Positions 12,270-21,722 are shown, counted from the stretch's first letter. The stretch: DNA of 64,000 bases from an uncultured Gemmatimonadaceae bacterium (GCA_964560345.1 CAZLLP010000005.1:47071-111070), one strand, 5' to 3'. Numbers and translations: made by a program. Notes: generated by a model not told the origin, from the letters alone.

Positions 12270-13073
12270 ATGATGAGTCCACAGCCCCAGTCCTCGCCCC
12301 TGATTGCGGGGAGCGTTCTTCCGATCAAGCGTGCGGAGGAGCTGTTGTCGACCCTTCCCGGGGTCATTGCGGCGAGGATCATCGCCAGCGACAGCGGCGC
12401 CGTGGACGAGATTCATGTCCTGACGACGGCGGAGATCACCCCCAAGCAGACCGTTCGGAACATCGAGAGTGCGCTCATTGCGCACCTGGGGATGCGGGTC
12501 GACCACCGGAAGATTTCCGTGGCGACGAGTCTTGACCCGCGTCGGCCGAAGGACGGGAAGGGGGGGGAGGCAGCGGGTGCGCCGGCCGTAGGGGCCGTGG
12601 GGGCAAGCACCGCGCCGCAGCCGACGGTGGCGTCGCCGACGCCGGCTGCTCCCGTGTCGGCACAGCGGGAGGTTGTGCGACGTCCGTTCTACTTCGAGGA
12701 CGTCGAAGTACGCCGATCCCGTGCGACCGGGATCACATGCCGCGTTACCCTGAGCAAGGGTGAAAAGTCCTTCATCGGCGAGGCCGAAGGCATGGAGAAC
12801 GAGCGATCGCGCATTGAGTTGGCGGCGAGGGCTGCGCTGCGTGCGATCGCGGAAGGGGAGCCCGGGGTCCGTCCACTGGACCTTGGAGGGGCGAAGCTGA
12901 TCGAGGCGTTCGACCGTGAGTTCGTCTTCGTGGGGGTGACGGCGCAGCAGTCACGCGCGAGCGTGTTGTTGACCGGGAGCTGTGAAGTGAAGGACAGCGC
13001 CGAGACGGCCAGTGTGTTGGCCGTGCTGGATGCCACCAATCGTTGGCTGTCGCGCACGCCGGCGGGAGCCTGA
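12270..13073 (+). CDS. hypothetical protein (two alpha/beta modules joined by an Ala/Pro-rich linker)
   Basis: 267-aa ORF preceded by a GGAGG Shine-Dalgarno at 12265-12269. I recognise no family. The coding call rests on ORF length, non-Arg-rich composition and the absence of a competing gene. Confidence 0.55.
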   Translation: MMSPQPQSSPLIAGSVLPIKRAEELLSTLPGVIAARIIASDSGAVDEIHVLTTAEITPKQTVRNIESALIAHLGMRVDHRKISVATSLDPRRPKDGKGGEAAGAPAVGAVGASTAPQPTVASPTPAAPVSAQREVVRRPFYFEDVEVRRSRATGITCRVTLSKGEKSFIGEAEGMENERSRIELAARAALRAIAEGEPGVRPLDLGGAKLIEAFDREFVFVGVTAQQSRASVLLTGSCEVKDSAETASVLAVLDATNRWLSRTPAGA

Positions 13074-13433
13074 TCGAACGAACCGCTGGTCCCTCGAACC
13101 TGGCACGTCGACACTACCACACGCACACACAATTGAGGCCCCCGTTCCCGTGAGAGCGAAGTAGAGCGGGAACACCAGCAGTACGAGCGGAGCCAACCTT
13201 AGAAGAACCGCATGTCCGGGAGATCGGGCATGACGCTCGAAGGGAGGTGACGCTGGTATGGACATCGTCCAGTGGTTGGTCGCGTTAGCCAACATTATTA
13301 GCTGGCACTAACACGTGGGCGGGGGCGCCTCACTTCATGTAGGTCTGCACGGAAGACATCGGACCCTATTCCTCGACTTCAAGCCCGCCGATCATTTCCT
13401 GTCGTCCCCTCGATCCCGCAGTTACGTAGCACT

Positions 13434-14858
13434 TTGACCGCCGCCAGCGCAGATCCAAGGCTGCAACCACGACCATGGGCACGGCTCACTGAACGAGTCG
13501 GCGCCAGCACTACGAACACCGACGAGGTTCGTAGGGCGGCGCCTGTCGTGTTGGCTACGGCGGTGCTCGCGATGATCGCGACGGCGGCGCACGGGCTACT
13601 GTGGCCCGCGATCGAAGGCGCGGATCTTGGACTCGCTGCGCTGCTAGCGGCGCTAAGTGTCGCAGCAGACTTCATGGCGTTTTACCAGACCCGTCGTGAT
13701 GCAGTAGGATCGGTGGCGCTAATACCGCTCAGTGCCACCGTCCTGATTCTGCCTGATTGGCGCGGAATGCTCGCGATCATGATCGTGCAGCTGGCGACCC
13801 AGCTCCTTAACAAGCGATCGTTGGTCAAGGGAGCGTTTAACGTCGCTCAGGTTACGCTCGGCTTCGCAGTCGGCTCGGCGGCGTATAGAGCTTTGGGCGG
13901 CACGAGTTTCTCTCTCCTTCGCGGAGAGGGCTTCTTCTCGGCGTTGAGCACCCTAATCGCTCCGACGACTGCGTTGATCGTAGCATTCATCGCTGTCAAT
14001 ACCTTGTGCATTTCCGCCGTTATCTCCGCGGTCAGTGGACAGCGCGTTTTTCAGACGTGGGTTAGTAGCAACAAGTCGTCTGCTGCAATTTCGTTGCTCC
14101 AGGTGGTTCTCGCGTTCTACCTAGCTTGGCTAAGCGTGAATCTCGGCGTCGTTGGCGCAGCTGGCATGGTGCTCCCGATGATAGCTGTTCGTCAGCTATC
14201 GCGAACGACGATTGAGCTTACCAGTGTCACGGAGGAGCTTCTTGACCTGATGGTCGCCGCGATTGAAGCGCGCGATCCGTACACATCAGGTCACTCGAAA
14301 CGCGTCGCTCGGGCGTCGAAGATCATCGCCAGGTCCCTTGGGCTGAAGCCGGAGCAAGTTGAGCGTGTCGAGGTCGCGGCACTGTTGCACGATGTCGGCA
14401 AGATTGACGAGCAGTTCGCGCGAATCCTTGCCAAAGAGGGAAGACTCTCGCCAGACGAATGGGAGACGATGAAACGTCACCCGGTGCGGAGTGCGGAATT
14501 GGTTGGGATGCTAACGAGCCTCAAGGACATCGTGCCCGCCGTTCGTCATCATCACGAGAACTGGGATGGTACCGGGTATCCGCAGAACTTGAAGGGTGAG
14601 GAGATTCCACTGGGCTCTCGCATCATCATGTTCGCTGATACGCTCGACGCTATCACAACAGATCGGCCGTATCGGAAAGCGCTAAGCATCGAGGACGCAC
14701 GTAGCGAATTCATCAAGTTTCGCGGAAAACAATTCGATCCGTGGATCTGCGATCGCGTCGTATCGCCGGACGTGTGGCACGAGCTCTACGCCTCAATCGA
14801 GAAGGAACGAGAGAATGAGGCGAGTCGATTTGCCGCGAGCAAAACGCGCGCTTCATAA
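13434..14858 (+). CDS. HD-GYP domain membrane protein (putative c-di-GMP phosphodiesterase)
   Basis: Multi-pass hydrophobic N-terminal half, then HD-GYP motifs SGHSKRVA, ALLHDVGK, HHENWDGTGYP, IIMFADTLDA. The start (TTG at 13434) is uncertain. GC content is lower than the surroundings. Confidence 0.85.
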   Translation: MTAASADPRLQPRPWARLTERVGASTTNTDEVRRAAPVVLATAVLAMIATAAHGLLWPAIEGADLGLAALLAALSVAADFMAFYQTRRDAVGSVALIPLSATVLILPDWRGMLAIMIVQLATQLLNKRSLVKGAFNVAQVTLGFAVGSAAYRALGGTSFSLLRGEGFFSALSTLIAPTTALIVAFIAVNTLCISAVISAVSGQRVFQTWVSSNKSSAAISLLQVVLAFYLAWLSVNLGVVGAAGMVLPMIAVRQLSRTTIELTSVTEELLDLMVAAIEARDPYTSGHSKRVARASKIIARSLGLKPEQVERVEVAALLHDVGKIDEQFARILAKEGRLSPDEWETMKRHPVRSAELVGMLTSLKDIVPAVRHHHENWDGTGYPQNLKGEEIPLGSRIIMFADTLDAITTDRPYRKALSIEDARSEFIKFRGKQFDPWICDRVVSPDVWHELYASIEKERENEASRFAASKTRAS

Positions 14859-14919
14859 GCTCGCTCCGAGCGCCGAGTCGCTCGCTCCACGCGCGCCTGA
14901 TCTGCCCTAAAGAGTGCGC

Positions 14920-17900
14920 CTAGGCTCCGATTCCTGGGTAGCAAGACGGAACGGGGTGTGACTCAAGCCGAGAGACACGAAGGTATCGTGACCTTATTCT
15001 AGACGCGGCTGTCCTTTCGCCCGAGCGTCGAAGGCTCTCGACAAGAACGGAGACCGCGAAATCCTGATCTCCGAACCGTCCGCCTAACGCGCAGAGATTG
15101 CGCAGTCGTGCAACGCGCACGTCAGACGATTGAATCTCGCCACTCACAATGGCGGACGACTGCTGGATTGCGAGCAGAGTCTGCTCTGCGCGAGGTATTG
15201 GTGATGGCTCAATGCTTGAGCAGAACTCGGCGACGCGCGTCGCGCCGGATTCGTCACCTCTGATCCACGCGATCTTCGCGTCGCACAGCAGTCGCGATTT
15301 CACGATCGGAAGTGGAACCGGATCGGTGGTTTTGATCCGCTCAAACTGCCCAACGAACTCAACCGCGTCTTCAATCCTATCTCGTGCTATCGAGATGGAG
15401 ACCAGTTTCTCGAGCGCGAATGCCTGCTGAATCGGCAATTTCAATCGCGTCGCCAGTTCAGATCCCTCGAGTGCGCACTCCAATGCCGACTCAGGGTCAC
15501 CCACTCGAAGAAAAGCTTCCGCGGATCTTCGAAGTCCGAGGAGCCGCCATGAGAAGTCCGGGGTTTCTCTCGAGTGGAGTACGAGCCTGTCGAGGGATGC
15601 CGCAACCCGATCCTTCACTCCAACGGTCGCGTGCACGATCGTCTGAAGAAGCACGCCATCTGGTGAACTTTCGTCGGCATCGAAAAGGACCGATGACGCG
15701 GCGAATGCTGATCGGAGGAGGTGCGATTCGAAGAAGTTGTCCGCCATGATGGCGATTAACACAGCGGCGCGAAGTCGTGTGTGCTTTGGTAGCGATTCGG
15801 ATCGAACGATGTCGTTGAGCCAGACTCTTTCCGGTACGCCCTCGGAGGAGAACAAACGCGCTTCTGCCTCAAGTAGGGCAAAATCGTCGTAGTTCTTGCG
15901 CCTTGATCTCGACGGCAACCGGGTCGCTTCTCGCTTCTTTGCCAACGCAACAACGTCGCTCCAACGAGCTGCGATCTCACACGCGCGCATCTGCCCTTCG
16001 ACGGCGGCAATTCGTTGTTCGCGGTCTTCAGCCAGACCTTCGGCCCTAACGAACGCTTTGTCCGCCTCCTCCCCCATCCCCATCCCCACCAGCCGATGCC
16101 CCAACTTCATCGCCGCCTCGTACGCCCGACGCGTCTCCCCTGCACGCTCCCAGTGCGTCACGCAATCGCCCAGTAGCTCCACCGAATTCGTGGCGTCCGC
16201 CTCACGCTCGAGCAGCTCGGCCGCACGCCCGTGCACAAACGCGACGATGCTCGGCATCCCCAGCGACGCGGAGATCTGCCCGACCATCCGATGACGGCAC
16301 CACACGGCCGGGCCGTTGGTCGCCACCAGTCCTGCATCCTCCAGCTCATCCAGCGCGGCCATGAACTCGGCGGCCGGGATCTCCAGCACCTGCGTCACGC
16401 GGGCCGTGGTCGCCCGCGCCTCGAAGATCGCGATGACCAGGAGTACACGCTGCGCCCCTTTCGTCAGCGCCGCATGCTGTGTCGCGACCAACTCGCGAAT
16501 GCTCGGCGGCGTCTCCTGCTGGTCACCGCCTCGCCCCAGGTGCGCGGCCAGTTCACTCAGGTAGAACGGATTGCCTTGCGACGTGGCGGCAAAACGATCG
16601 GCCGACTCGTGATCGACGGGGACGTGGTTCTTCTCCGCCCACCGCTGCACGAACTCCAGCGACTCCTCGCGACGGAACGGGAACAACCGGATATGCTGCG
16701 TCAGCCGTTCGCACGACCGCGGACCTAACGAGCCGTAGCACGACGGAAGCCGCCGGTCCGCGAACAGGAAGCAGACGCTCCGGTCCCCCACGCGATCCCA
16801 GACGTCCATCACGACGCGCCACGTCGTCGGATGCAAACGCTCGGCATCATCGAGGAAGAGGATGAGCGGCGCCTCCTCCGCGATCGCCGACACCAACTCC
16901 GCCAGCGCCTGCACCAACTGCGCGTACAGGATGTCAGCCGCCATCCCGGTCACGCTCCACGCCGTGACGGTCTCCGGCGTCCCCAGTCGCCGCACGTACG
17001 CCAGGTGCTCCTGCGCACACCCCAGCGCCCCCGGGAGCGTCAGCAGGAGCTGCCCCACCGAGACGAGCGTGCTGATCGGGGTGAAGGTGTCGCCGGCAGA
17101 GGTGGTGTAGGTCGCCAGCGTCACGCCGTCGAGCGCCGCCAGGCGCAGCATCTCCCCGGCCAGGCGGCTCTTCCCGATGCCGGCCTCGCCAGTGAGGATC
17201 GCCGCGCGCGACTGCCCGCTTCGCACCTCGCGGAGGAGCTGCCGCAACTCCCCGAACTCGCGCTCGCGCCCGACGAAAGGGAGCTCGAACCTCCGCAGCA
17301 CCAGCGAGTCGTCCAGCACCTCGGCCACCCGGCGCCGCAGCACCCGCACCGGCAGCTGCAAGTTGGCGTTGATCGCCCCCACCTCGTCTTCGTAATCCTC
17401 CAGCAGGCGCAACGCCTCGACCTTGCTCCCCTCGAGCGCCAGCGCCTCGGCGAGCCCCATCGTCCCGATCTCGTTGAGCGGGTCGAGCGACAGGAGCGCC
17501 CGCGCCACCTGTCCCATTTCGTGAAAGCGCCCGCGACTGCGCGCCGATGTCACCTCATCAGCCAGCGCCCGGCGCAGGCGCGTGGCCACGCGCGCCCGCA
17601 ACGATTCCAGCCAGTGCCCGAACGGCTCGCCGAGCATCGGGGCGTAGGAGGGGAGGAAGGGGAGGGCCCCCAGCTCCACCAGCGTCTCGCGTCGCGGTGT
17701 CCCGTGCAACAGCAGGTGCAGGTCGAGCGCGGTCTCTGCCCAATCGAACGACACGTGCCCAGCCCGCAGGTGCACCGGGACGGTGAGCTGCCGCAGGCGG
17801 TACATCGCCTGCCGCAACCGATGCCGCCCTTCCTCGCCCTCGGCGCGCGGCCAGACGCGGGCAATGAGTTCGTCGCGCGACACCCCTTCGGGGGGCGCGG

Positions 17901-18030
17901 CGGCGATGCTCAGGAGCAGGGCAAAGTGGATCTCCGAATCGGGGGCGATCCGGGTCAGCGGCGATTCGAACGCACACCGGCCAAAGGTGAAGGCACGCAG
18001 CACGGGCACACTCCGCGGGGGCAGCACCAC
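14920..18030 (-). CDS. large SARP/BTAD-type regulator with AAA (STAND) ATPase and helical-repeat C-terminus
   Basis: 1036 aa. The N-terminus is a winged-helix/BTAD-like region (ELIARVWP..HRLRQAMYRLRQL..LDPLNE). Walker A is ILTGEAGIGKSRLAGE and Walker B-like is LILFLDDAERL. A long helical (TPR-like) C-terminus follows. GTG start with GGAG 9 nt upstream. Confidence 0.8.
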   Translation of the reverse strand: MVLPPRSVPVLRAFTFGRCAFESPLTRIAPDSEIHFALLLSIAAAPPEGVSRDELIARVWPRAEGEEGRHRLRQAMYRLRQLTVPVHLRAGHVSFDWAETALDLHLLLHGTPRRETLVELGALPFLPSYAPMLGEPFGHWLESLRARVATRLRRALADEVTSARSRGRFHEMGQVARALLSLDPLNEIGTMGLAEALALEGSKVEALRLLEDYEDEVGAINANLQLPVRVLRRRVAEVLDDSLVLRRFELPFVGREREFGELRQLLREVRSGQSRAAILTGEAGIGKSRLAGEMLRLAALDGVTLATYTTSAGDTFTPISTLVSVGQLLLTLPGALGCAQEHLAYVRRLGTPETVTAWSVTGMAADILYAQLVQALAELVSAIAEEAPLILFLDDAERLHPTTWRVVMDVWDRVGDRSVCFLFADRRLPSCYGSLGPRSCERLTQHIRLFPFRREESLEFVQRWAEKNHVPVDHESADRFAATSQGNPFYLSELAAHLGRGGDQQETPPSIRELVATQHAALTKGAQRVLLVIAIFEARATTARVTQVLEIPAAEFMAALDELEDAGLVATNGPAVWCRHRMVGQISASLGMPSIVAFVHGRAAELLEREADATNSVELLGDCVTHWERAGETRRAYEAAMKLGHRLVGMGMGEEADKAFVRAEGLAEDREQRIAAVEGQMRACEIAARWSDVVALAKKREATRLPSRSRRKNYDDFALLEAEARLFSSEGVPERVWLNDIVRSESLPKHTRLRAAVLIAIMADNFFESHLLRSAFAASSVLFDADESSPDGVLLQTIVHATVGVKDRVAASLDRLVLHSRETPDFSWRLLGLRRSAEAFLRVGDPESALECALEGSELATRLKLPIQQAFALEKLVSISIARDRIEDAVEFVGQFERIKTTDPVPLPIVKSRLLCDAKIAWIRGDESGATRVAEFCSSIEPSPIPRAEQTLLAIQQSSAIVSGEIQSSDVRVARLRNLCALGGRFGDQDFAVSVLVESLRRSGERTAASRIRSRYLRVSRLESHPVPSCYPGIGA

Positions 18031-18156
18031 CGAACGGAACTCCTGGACCCACCAAAGATCACCGCCCGCGTCACGCAGGCGTCACGCGAATGGCGTCACG
18101 AAGCGTTGCACGGGCGGGAGAAGGTGTCTCGGGCGGCCCGAGGCCGCGAGGGCGCG

Positions 18157-19167
18157 CTACTTCTTGAGGACCAGCGACACGAGCTTGTCGGCCCCCATTC
18201 CCTCGGCTTCGGCCTGGAAGTTCATGACCATGCGGTGCCGGAGAACGGTCATCGCCACGCTGCGCACGTCGTCGATGTCCGGGACCGGACGGCCGTCCAT
18301 GGCGGCACGCGCCTTGGCTCCCAGCACGAGGTATTGCGACGCGCGCGGTCCGGTGCCGTAGGAGACGTACTTCTTGATCTCGGGATGCGCATCCGGCTCG
18401 CTGGGACGTGTGGAGCGCGCCAGGCCGACGGCGAACTTCACGATGGACGGCGGTGCCGGCATGCGGCGCACCAGCCGTTGCAGCTCGAGGACCTCATCCC
18501 CGCGCAGCACCGGCTCGATCGTCACCTCGCCCGCGCCGGTGGTGGAGCTCACGATGCGCTCCTCCTCCTCAAACGACGGATAGCCGACGTTGAGCTCGAA
18601 CATGAAGCGGTCGAGCTGCGCCTCGGGGAGCGGATACGTCCCTTCCTGCTCGATCGGGTTCTGCGTGGCGAGCACGAAGAACGGCGACGGGAGCTTGTGC
18701 GTCTGGCCGGCGACGGTGACGGTGCGTTCCTGCATGGCCTGCAGCAGCGCCGACTGGGTCTTTGGCGGGGCGCGGTTGATTTCGTCGGCCAGGACGACGT
18801 TGGCGAACACGGGCCCCTTCACGAACTTGAAGACGCGGCGCCCGGTGGCGTGGTCTTCCTCTAACAGTTCTGTGCCGGTAATGTCGCCCGGCATGAGGTC
18901 CGGCGTGAACTGCACGCGGGAGAAGGTGAGGTCGAGCGCCTCGGAGACGGTCTGCACGAGGAGGGTCTTGGCGAGTCCCGGGACGCCGACGATGACGACG
19001 TGGCCGCCGGCAAGGATGGCCGCCACGAGGTTCTCGACGACTTCCTGCTGCCCGATGATCTTGCGCCCGATCTGCGCCAGGAGCGCCTTACGCGCGACGC
19101 TGAGTTTCTTGAGTAGTTCCAGGTCGCGCTGGTCGTGCGGCGCCTGCGTCTGGTCGGTGGTCCCCAC
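18157..19167 (-). CDS. MoxR-family AAA+ ATPase
   Basis: Walker A GVPGLAKT, Walker B VLADEINRAPPKTQSALL, and the ATQNPIEQEGTYPLPEAQLDRF MoxR signature. I place the start at GTG 19167 (AAGGA 6 nt upstream) rather than the track start at 19296; this is uncertain. Confidence 0.85.
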   Translation of the reverse strand: MGTTDQTQAPHDQRDLELLKKLSVARKALLAQIGRKIIGQQEVVENLVAAILAGGHVVIVGVPGLAKTLLVQTVSEALDLTFSRVQFTPDLMPGDITGTELLEEDHATGRRVFKFVKGPVFANVVLADEINRAPPKTQSALLQAMQERTVTVAGQTHKLPSPFFVLATQNPIEQEGTYPLPEAQLDRFMFELNVGYPSFEEEERIVSSTTGAGEVTIEPVLRGDEVLELQRLVRRMPAPPSIVKFAVGLARSTRPSEPDAHPEIKKYVSYGTGPRASQYLVLGAKARAAMDGRPVPDIDDVRSVAMTVLRHRMVMNFQAEAEGMGADKLVSLVLKK

Positions 19168-19363
19168 GCCGAATCCTTGGGAGAAAAGTCGCCGGAAGGT
19201 AACGCGTGCATGGCGTGGCGATAAGAGCGCGCCCGCGAGCCGCGATACAGGCGGGATGAGCCGCCCGCTACGGCGCTCAGCGCCGCTGTGCATCAACGCA
19301 AACGGCGAGCCTTGTGTTGGGCTCGCCGCTCATCCTTTTCCGTCGTGTCGTGCGCGTGACCGT

Positions 19364-19813
19364 CTATGGGAGCGTGAAGCGGACGCGCTGCTCGATGGGA
19401 TAGTTCTCGCTGCGCAGCGACGCGACGGCGACAAAGCTGCCGTGCTGCGATGCGGGGCGCCATTGCGCCGCGTACGAGACGGTTTCGTCGGTCTCGAGGA
19501 TGTGGTTCTGCAACGTCTGCGTGAACATCCGTCCTTCGCTCCATCGCCACACTTCGCGGCCGGCGTCATCGAGTACGACGATGTCGTGCGTGAGCCCGTT
19601 GGGGAAGGTGAGTTCGAGGCGCTTGGCCGCGTTGTTGGTGACATGGAATGCAAACCGCACATCGTCGGTCAGCTGCACGTCGAGTGACGATGCGACGGGC
19701 GGGCCTCCGGCCACGCGCTGTTGCGCGGCAGGCTCGGCCGAGCGCGAGCGGGGACCGCACGCAGAGGCGAGCACGAGGAGGGCGACGAGGAGCGGGGTCG
19801 AGCGCGGCTGCAT
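19364..19813 (-). CDS. BsuPI-like (intracellular proteinase inhibitor fold) lipoprotein
   Basis: ATG at 19813 gives a signal peptide plus lipobox (LLVALLVLASAC). The mature part matches the BsuPI pattern (FHVTNN..LELTFPNG..DIVVLDDAGREVWRWSEGRMFTQ). Confidence 0.6.
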   Translation of the reverse strand: MQPRSTPLLVALLVLASACGPRSRSAEPAAQQRVAGGPPVASSLDVQLTDDVRFAFHVTNNAAKRLELTFPNGLTHDIVVLDDAGREVWRWSEGRMFTQTLQNHILETDETVSYAAQWRPASQHGSFVAVASLRSENYPIEQRVRFTLP

Positions 19814-19989
19814 GCGCCGGAGATTCGGAAGAACGCGAGAGAACGGAGCCGGGAAGAGCAGGCGATGCGAACATATCCACGCAGAATCCATCCGTCAAGA
19901 CGCCGGGATTCCATAACTCGAAGAAAATCAGAGAGTTCGGAGGCATCGCCTCACGTTGGACTTCTCTAATCTTTCCCCTGGTAGTTCGC

Positions 19990-20018
19990 TTGCGAAAAAT
20001 TTCACAAACTCCTAGATT
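19990..20018 (+). promoter_or_regulatory. sigma-70-like promoter of the atp operon (TTGCGA-17 nt-TAGATT)
   Basis: -35 TTGCGA at 19990-19995, a 17-nt A/T-rich spacer, and -10 TAGATT at 20013-20018. The atpZ ATG lies 10 nt downstream, in the most AT-rich intergenic stretch of the window. Confidence 0.5.
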
Positions 20019-20028
20019 CCCGCCCCGA

Positions 20029-20307
20029 ATGTCCGGGGATCCACGCAGTCCGAAGAACGGGCGGTTTGACGATTCGGCCGATGCCCGGTTGGCCCGCTCT
20101 GCCGCGAAATACGGTGGTGTCGGACTGCAATTCGCCGCGTCCATCCTCCTGTTCCTGTACGCTGGCCAGTGGGTCGACCGGCGGTTCGGAACGAAGCCGT
20201 GGGGGATCCTCATCGGCGTATTTGTCGGGGCAGGGGCGGCGTTCTACAGCATGTATCGCCGACTCATGGCCGACCTGCGTCGCGAGGAGGAAGCAAAGCG
20301 AAAGTGA
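20029..20307 (+). CDS. atpZ: AtpZ/AtpR-like small membrane protein (putative F0F1-ATPase accessory subunit)
   Basis: 92 aa from ATG 20029. Two TM helices with the YGGVGLQFAASILLFLYAGQWVDRRFGT pattern seen in ATPase_gene1 proteins. First gene of the atp cluster. Confidence 0.6.
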   Translation: MSGDPRSPKNGRFDDSADARLARSAAKYGGVGLQFAASILLFLYAGQWVDRRFGTKPWGILIGVFVGAGAAFYSMYRRLMADLRREEEAKRK

Positions 20308-20651
20308 AGGCGTTCGTGATGTTTTCCGTCGTTGGTGCGTCGCTCATCGCCGTGATCGGATGGGTGCTCACCCTGGTCTACGGTGGCGCCGAGGCGCGGC
20401 ACGCGATCCTCATCAGCGCGCTGGTGGCGTTTGTGGTGCAGCTCCTCGCCTTCGCGATCCTTCGCCTCTCGGCGGAGAAGAACGTGATCGCCGGCTGGGG
20501 GTTGGGGGCGATCGTGCGCCTCCTGGTGTTTGCCGTGTACGTGCTCGTGGTCGTGAAGGCGTTTGCGCTGGCATCGCCGGTGGCGATGGTCAGTCTGGCA
20601 GTGTTCCTGTTTGCCTCGACGTTGGTTGAACCCCTGTTCCTGAAGACATGA
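20304..20651 (+). CDS. atpI: ATP synthase protein I-like membrane protein
   Basis: About 115 aa, four hydrophobic helices, located between atpZ and atpB. The GTG start at 20304 overlaps the atpZ stop. Assignment is by position and topology only. Confidence 0.5.
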   Translation: MKAFVMFSVVGASLIAVIGWVLTLVYGGAEARHAILISALVAFVVQLLAFAILRLSAEKNVIAGWGLGAIVRLLVFAVYVLVVVKAFALASPVAMVSLAVFLFASTLVEPLFLKT

Positions 20652-21607
20652 GCGCGCTCCGTTCGCTCCTGCTGGTCTCTGCGTTGTTCGCCGCCCCCCT
20701 GGCCGCGCAGGAGTCCCATGCGCCGGCAGCTGCCGCGGCCGAGAAGGTCGACATCATCACGCCGCACATCACCGACTCCTATCACATGGAGTTGCCGTCG
20801 ATCTTCCCGCCGTTCTACAAGGAAATCTGCATCGGCCGCCACGAGGGCGAGCACGGGTGCGCGCCGCTGTGGGAGCCGGTGCACATCGCGGGGATGGAGA
20901 TCAACCTCTCCCCCACCAAGCACGTGGTGATGATGCTCATCGCCGCCCTGCTGGTGTCGGTGATCCTGATCGGGACCGCGCGGGCGCACGCCCGTCATCA
21001 TCACGAGGTCGGGCGCCCCAAGGGCTTTGCCGCCGGTCTCGAGGCGATGGTCCTCTACATGCGCAACGAAGTCATCCTGCCTAACGTCGGCCACCACGGC
21101 AACGGCTTCGTTCCGTACCTCCTGACCATCTTCTTCTTCATCCTCACCGCCAACCTGCTCGGCCTCGTCCCCTATGGGTCGACGGCGACGGGGAATATCG
21201 CGGTCACGGCGACGCTCGCCCTCATGACCTTCGTGGTCGTGGAAGTGGCGGGGATGCGCGCCCAGGGGGTGCACTACCTCTCGACGATCTTCTACTGGAA
21301 CACGGAGCTTCCGATCTACATGCGGATCCCGATGTTCCTGATCATGTCGCCGGTCGAAATGATCGGAAAGCTCACCAAGCCGTTCGCGCTGGCGATTCGT
21401 CTCTTCGCCAACATGACCGCGGGACACATCGTCGTCCTCGCGCTCATCGGCCTGATCTTCACGTTTGCCGGCCCGGTGTCGACGGCCCCGTTCCTGATGG
21501 CGGTTGCCATCATGATGCTGGAGCTGTTCGTCGCCTTCCTGCAGGCCTTCATCTTCACCTTGCTGGCCTCGGTCTTCATCGGCCAGATCCGCGAGGCGCA
21601 CCACTAA
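20648..21607 (+). CDS. atpB: F0F1 ATP synthase subunit a
   Basis: 319 aa. Carries the conserved LAIRLFANMTAGH motif (essential Arg) and multiple TM helices. The start overlaps the atpI stop. Confidence 0.9.
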   Translation: MSALRSLLLVSALFAAPLAAQESHAPAAAAAEKVDIITPHITDSYHMELPSIFPPFYKEICIGRHEGEHGCAPLWEPVHIAGMEINLSPTKHVVMMLIAALLVSVILIGTARAHARHHHEVGRPKGFAAGLEAMVLYMRNEVILPNVGHHGNGFVPYLLTIFFFILTANLLGLVPYGSTATGNIAVTATLALMTFVVVEVAGMRAQGVHYLSTIFYWNTELPIYMRIPMFLIMSPVEMIGKLTKPFALAIRLFANMTAGHIVVLALIGLIFTFAGPVSTAPFLMAVAIMMLELFVAFLQAFIFTLLASVFIGQIREAHH

Positions 21608-21612
21608 CATCC

Positions 21613-21722
21613 GAAGACGGGAAGACGGGAGGACGGGAAGACGAGTTCGATCGCGATCGGCTCGAGTCCCGGCGCCCAAGGGTCGGTATCTCGTCTTCTC
21701 GTCTTTCCGTCTTCCCGTCTTC
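21613..21722. repeat. second copy of the ~110-nt octamer-arm hairpin element (atpB-atpE spacer)
   Basis: The left arm at 21613-21644 (GAAGACGG-type x4) and the right arm at 21691-21722 (CCGTCTTC-type x4) flank a 46-nt core. The core's 3' half, GAGTCCCGGCGCCCAAGGGTCGGTATC, matches the 681-789 copy. Confidence 0.85.

Noticed and set aside
13097-13320. TGGCAC words at about 13100 and about 13303, considered as sigma-54 (-24) promoter elements for the HD-GYP gene, given the nearby sigma-54 activator.
   Set aside because: Neither has a TTGC/GC element at the required -12 spacing (the sequences are TGGCACGTCGACACT and TGGCACTAACACGTG).
21655-21680. A tRNA-like 3' end (GGCTCGAGTCCCGGCGCCCA resembles a T-loop plus acceptor stem) inside the repeat-element core.
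   Set aside because: There is no complementary T-stem 5' half, no anticodon or D arm, and the other copy (731-750) lacks even this resemblance. At most it is a tRNA-derived fragment and cannot be supported as a tRNA gene.
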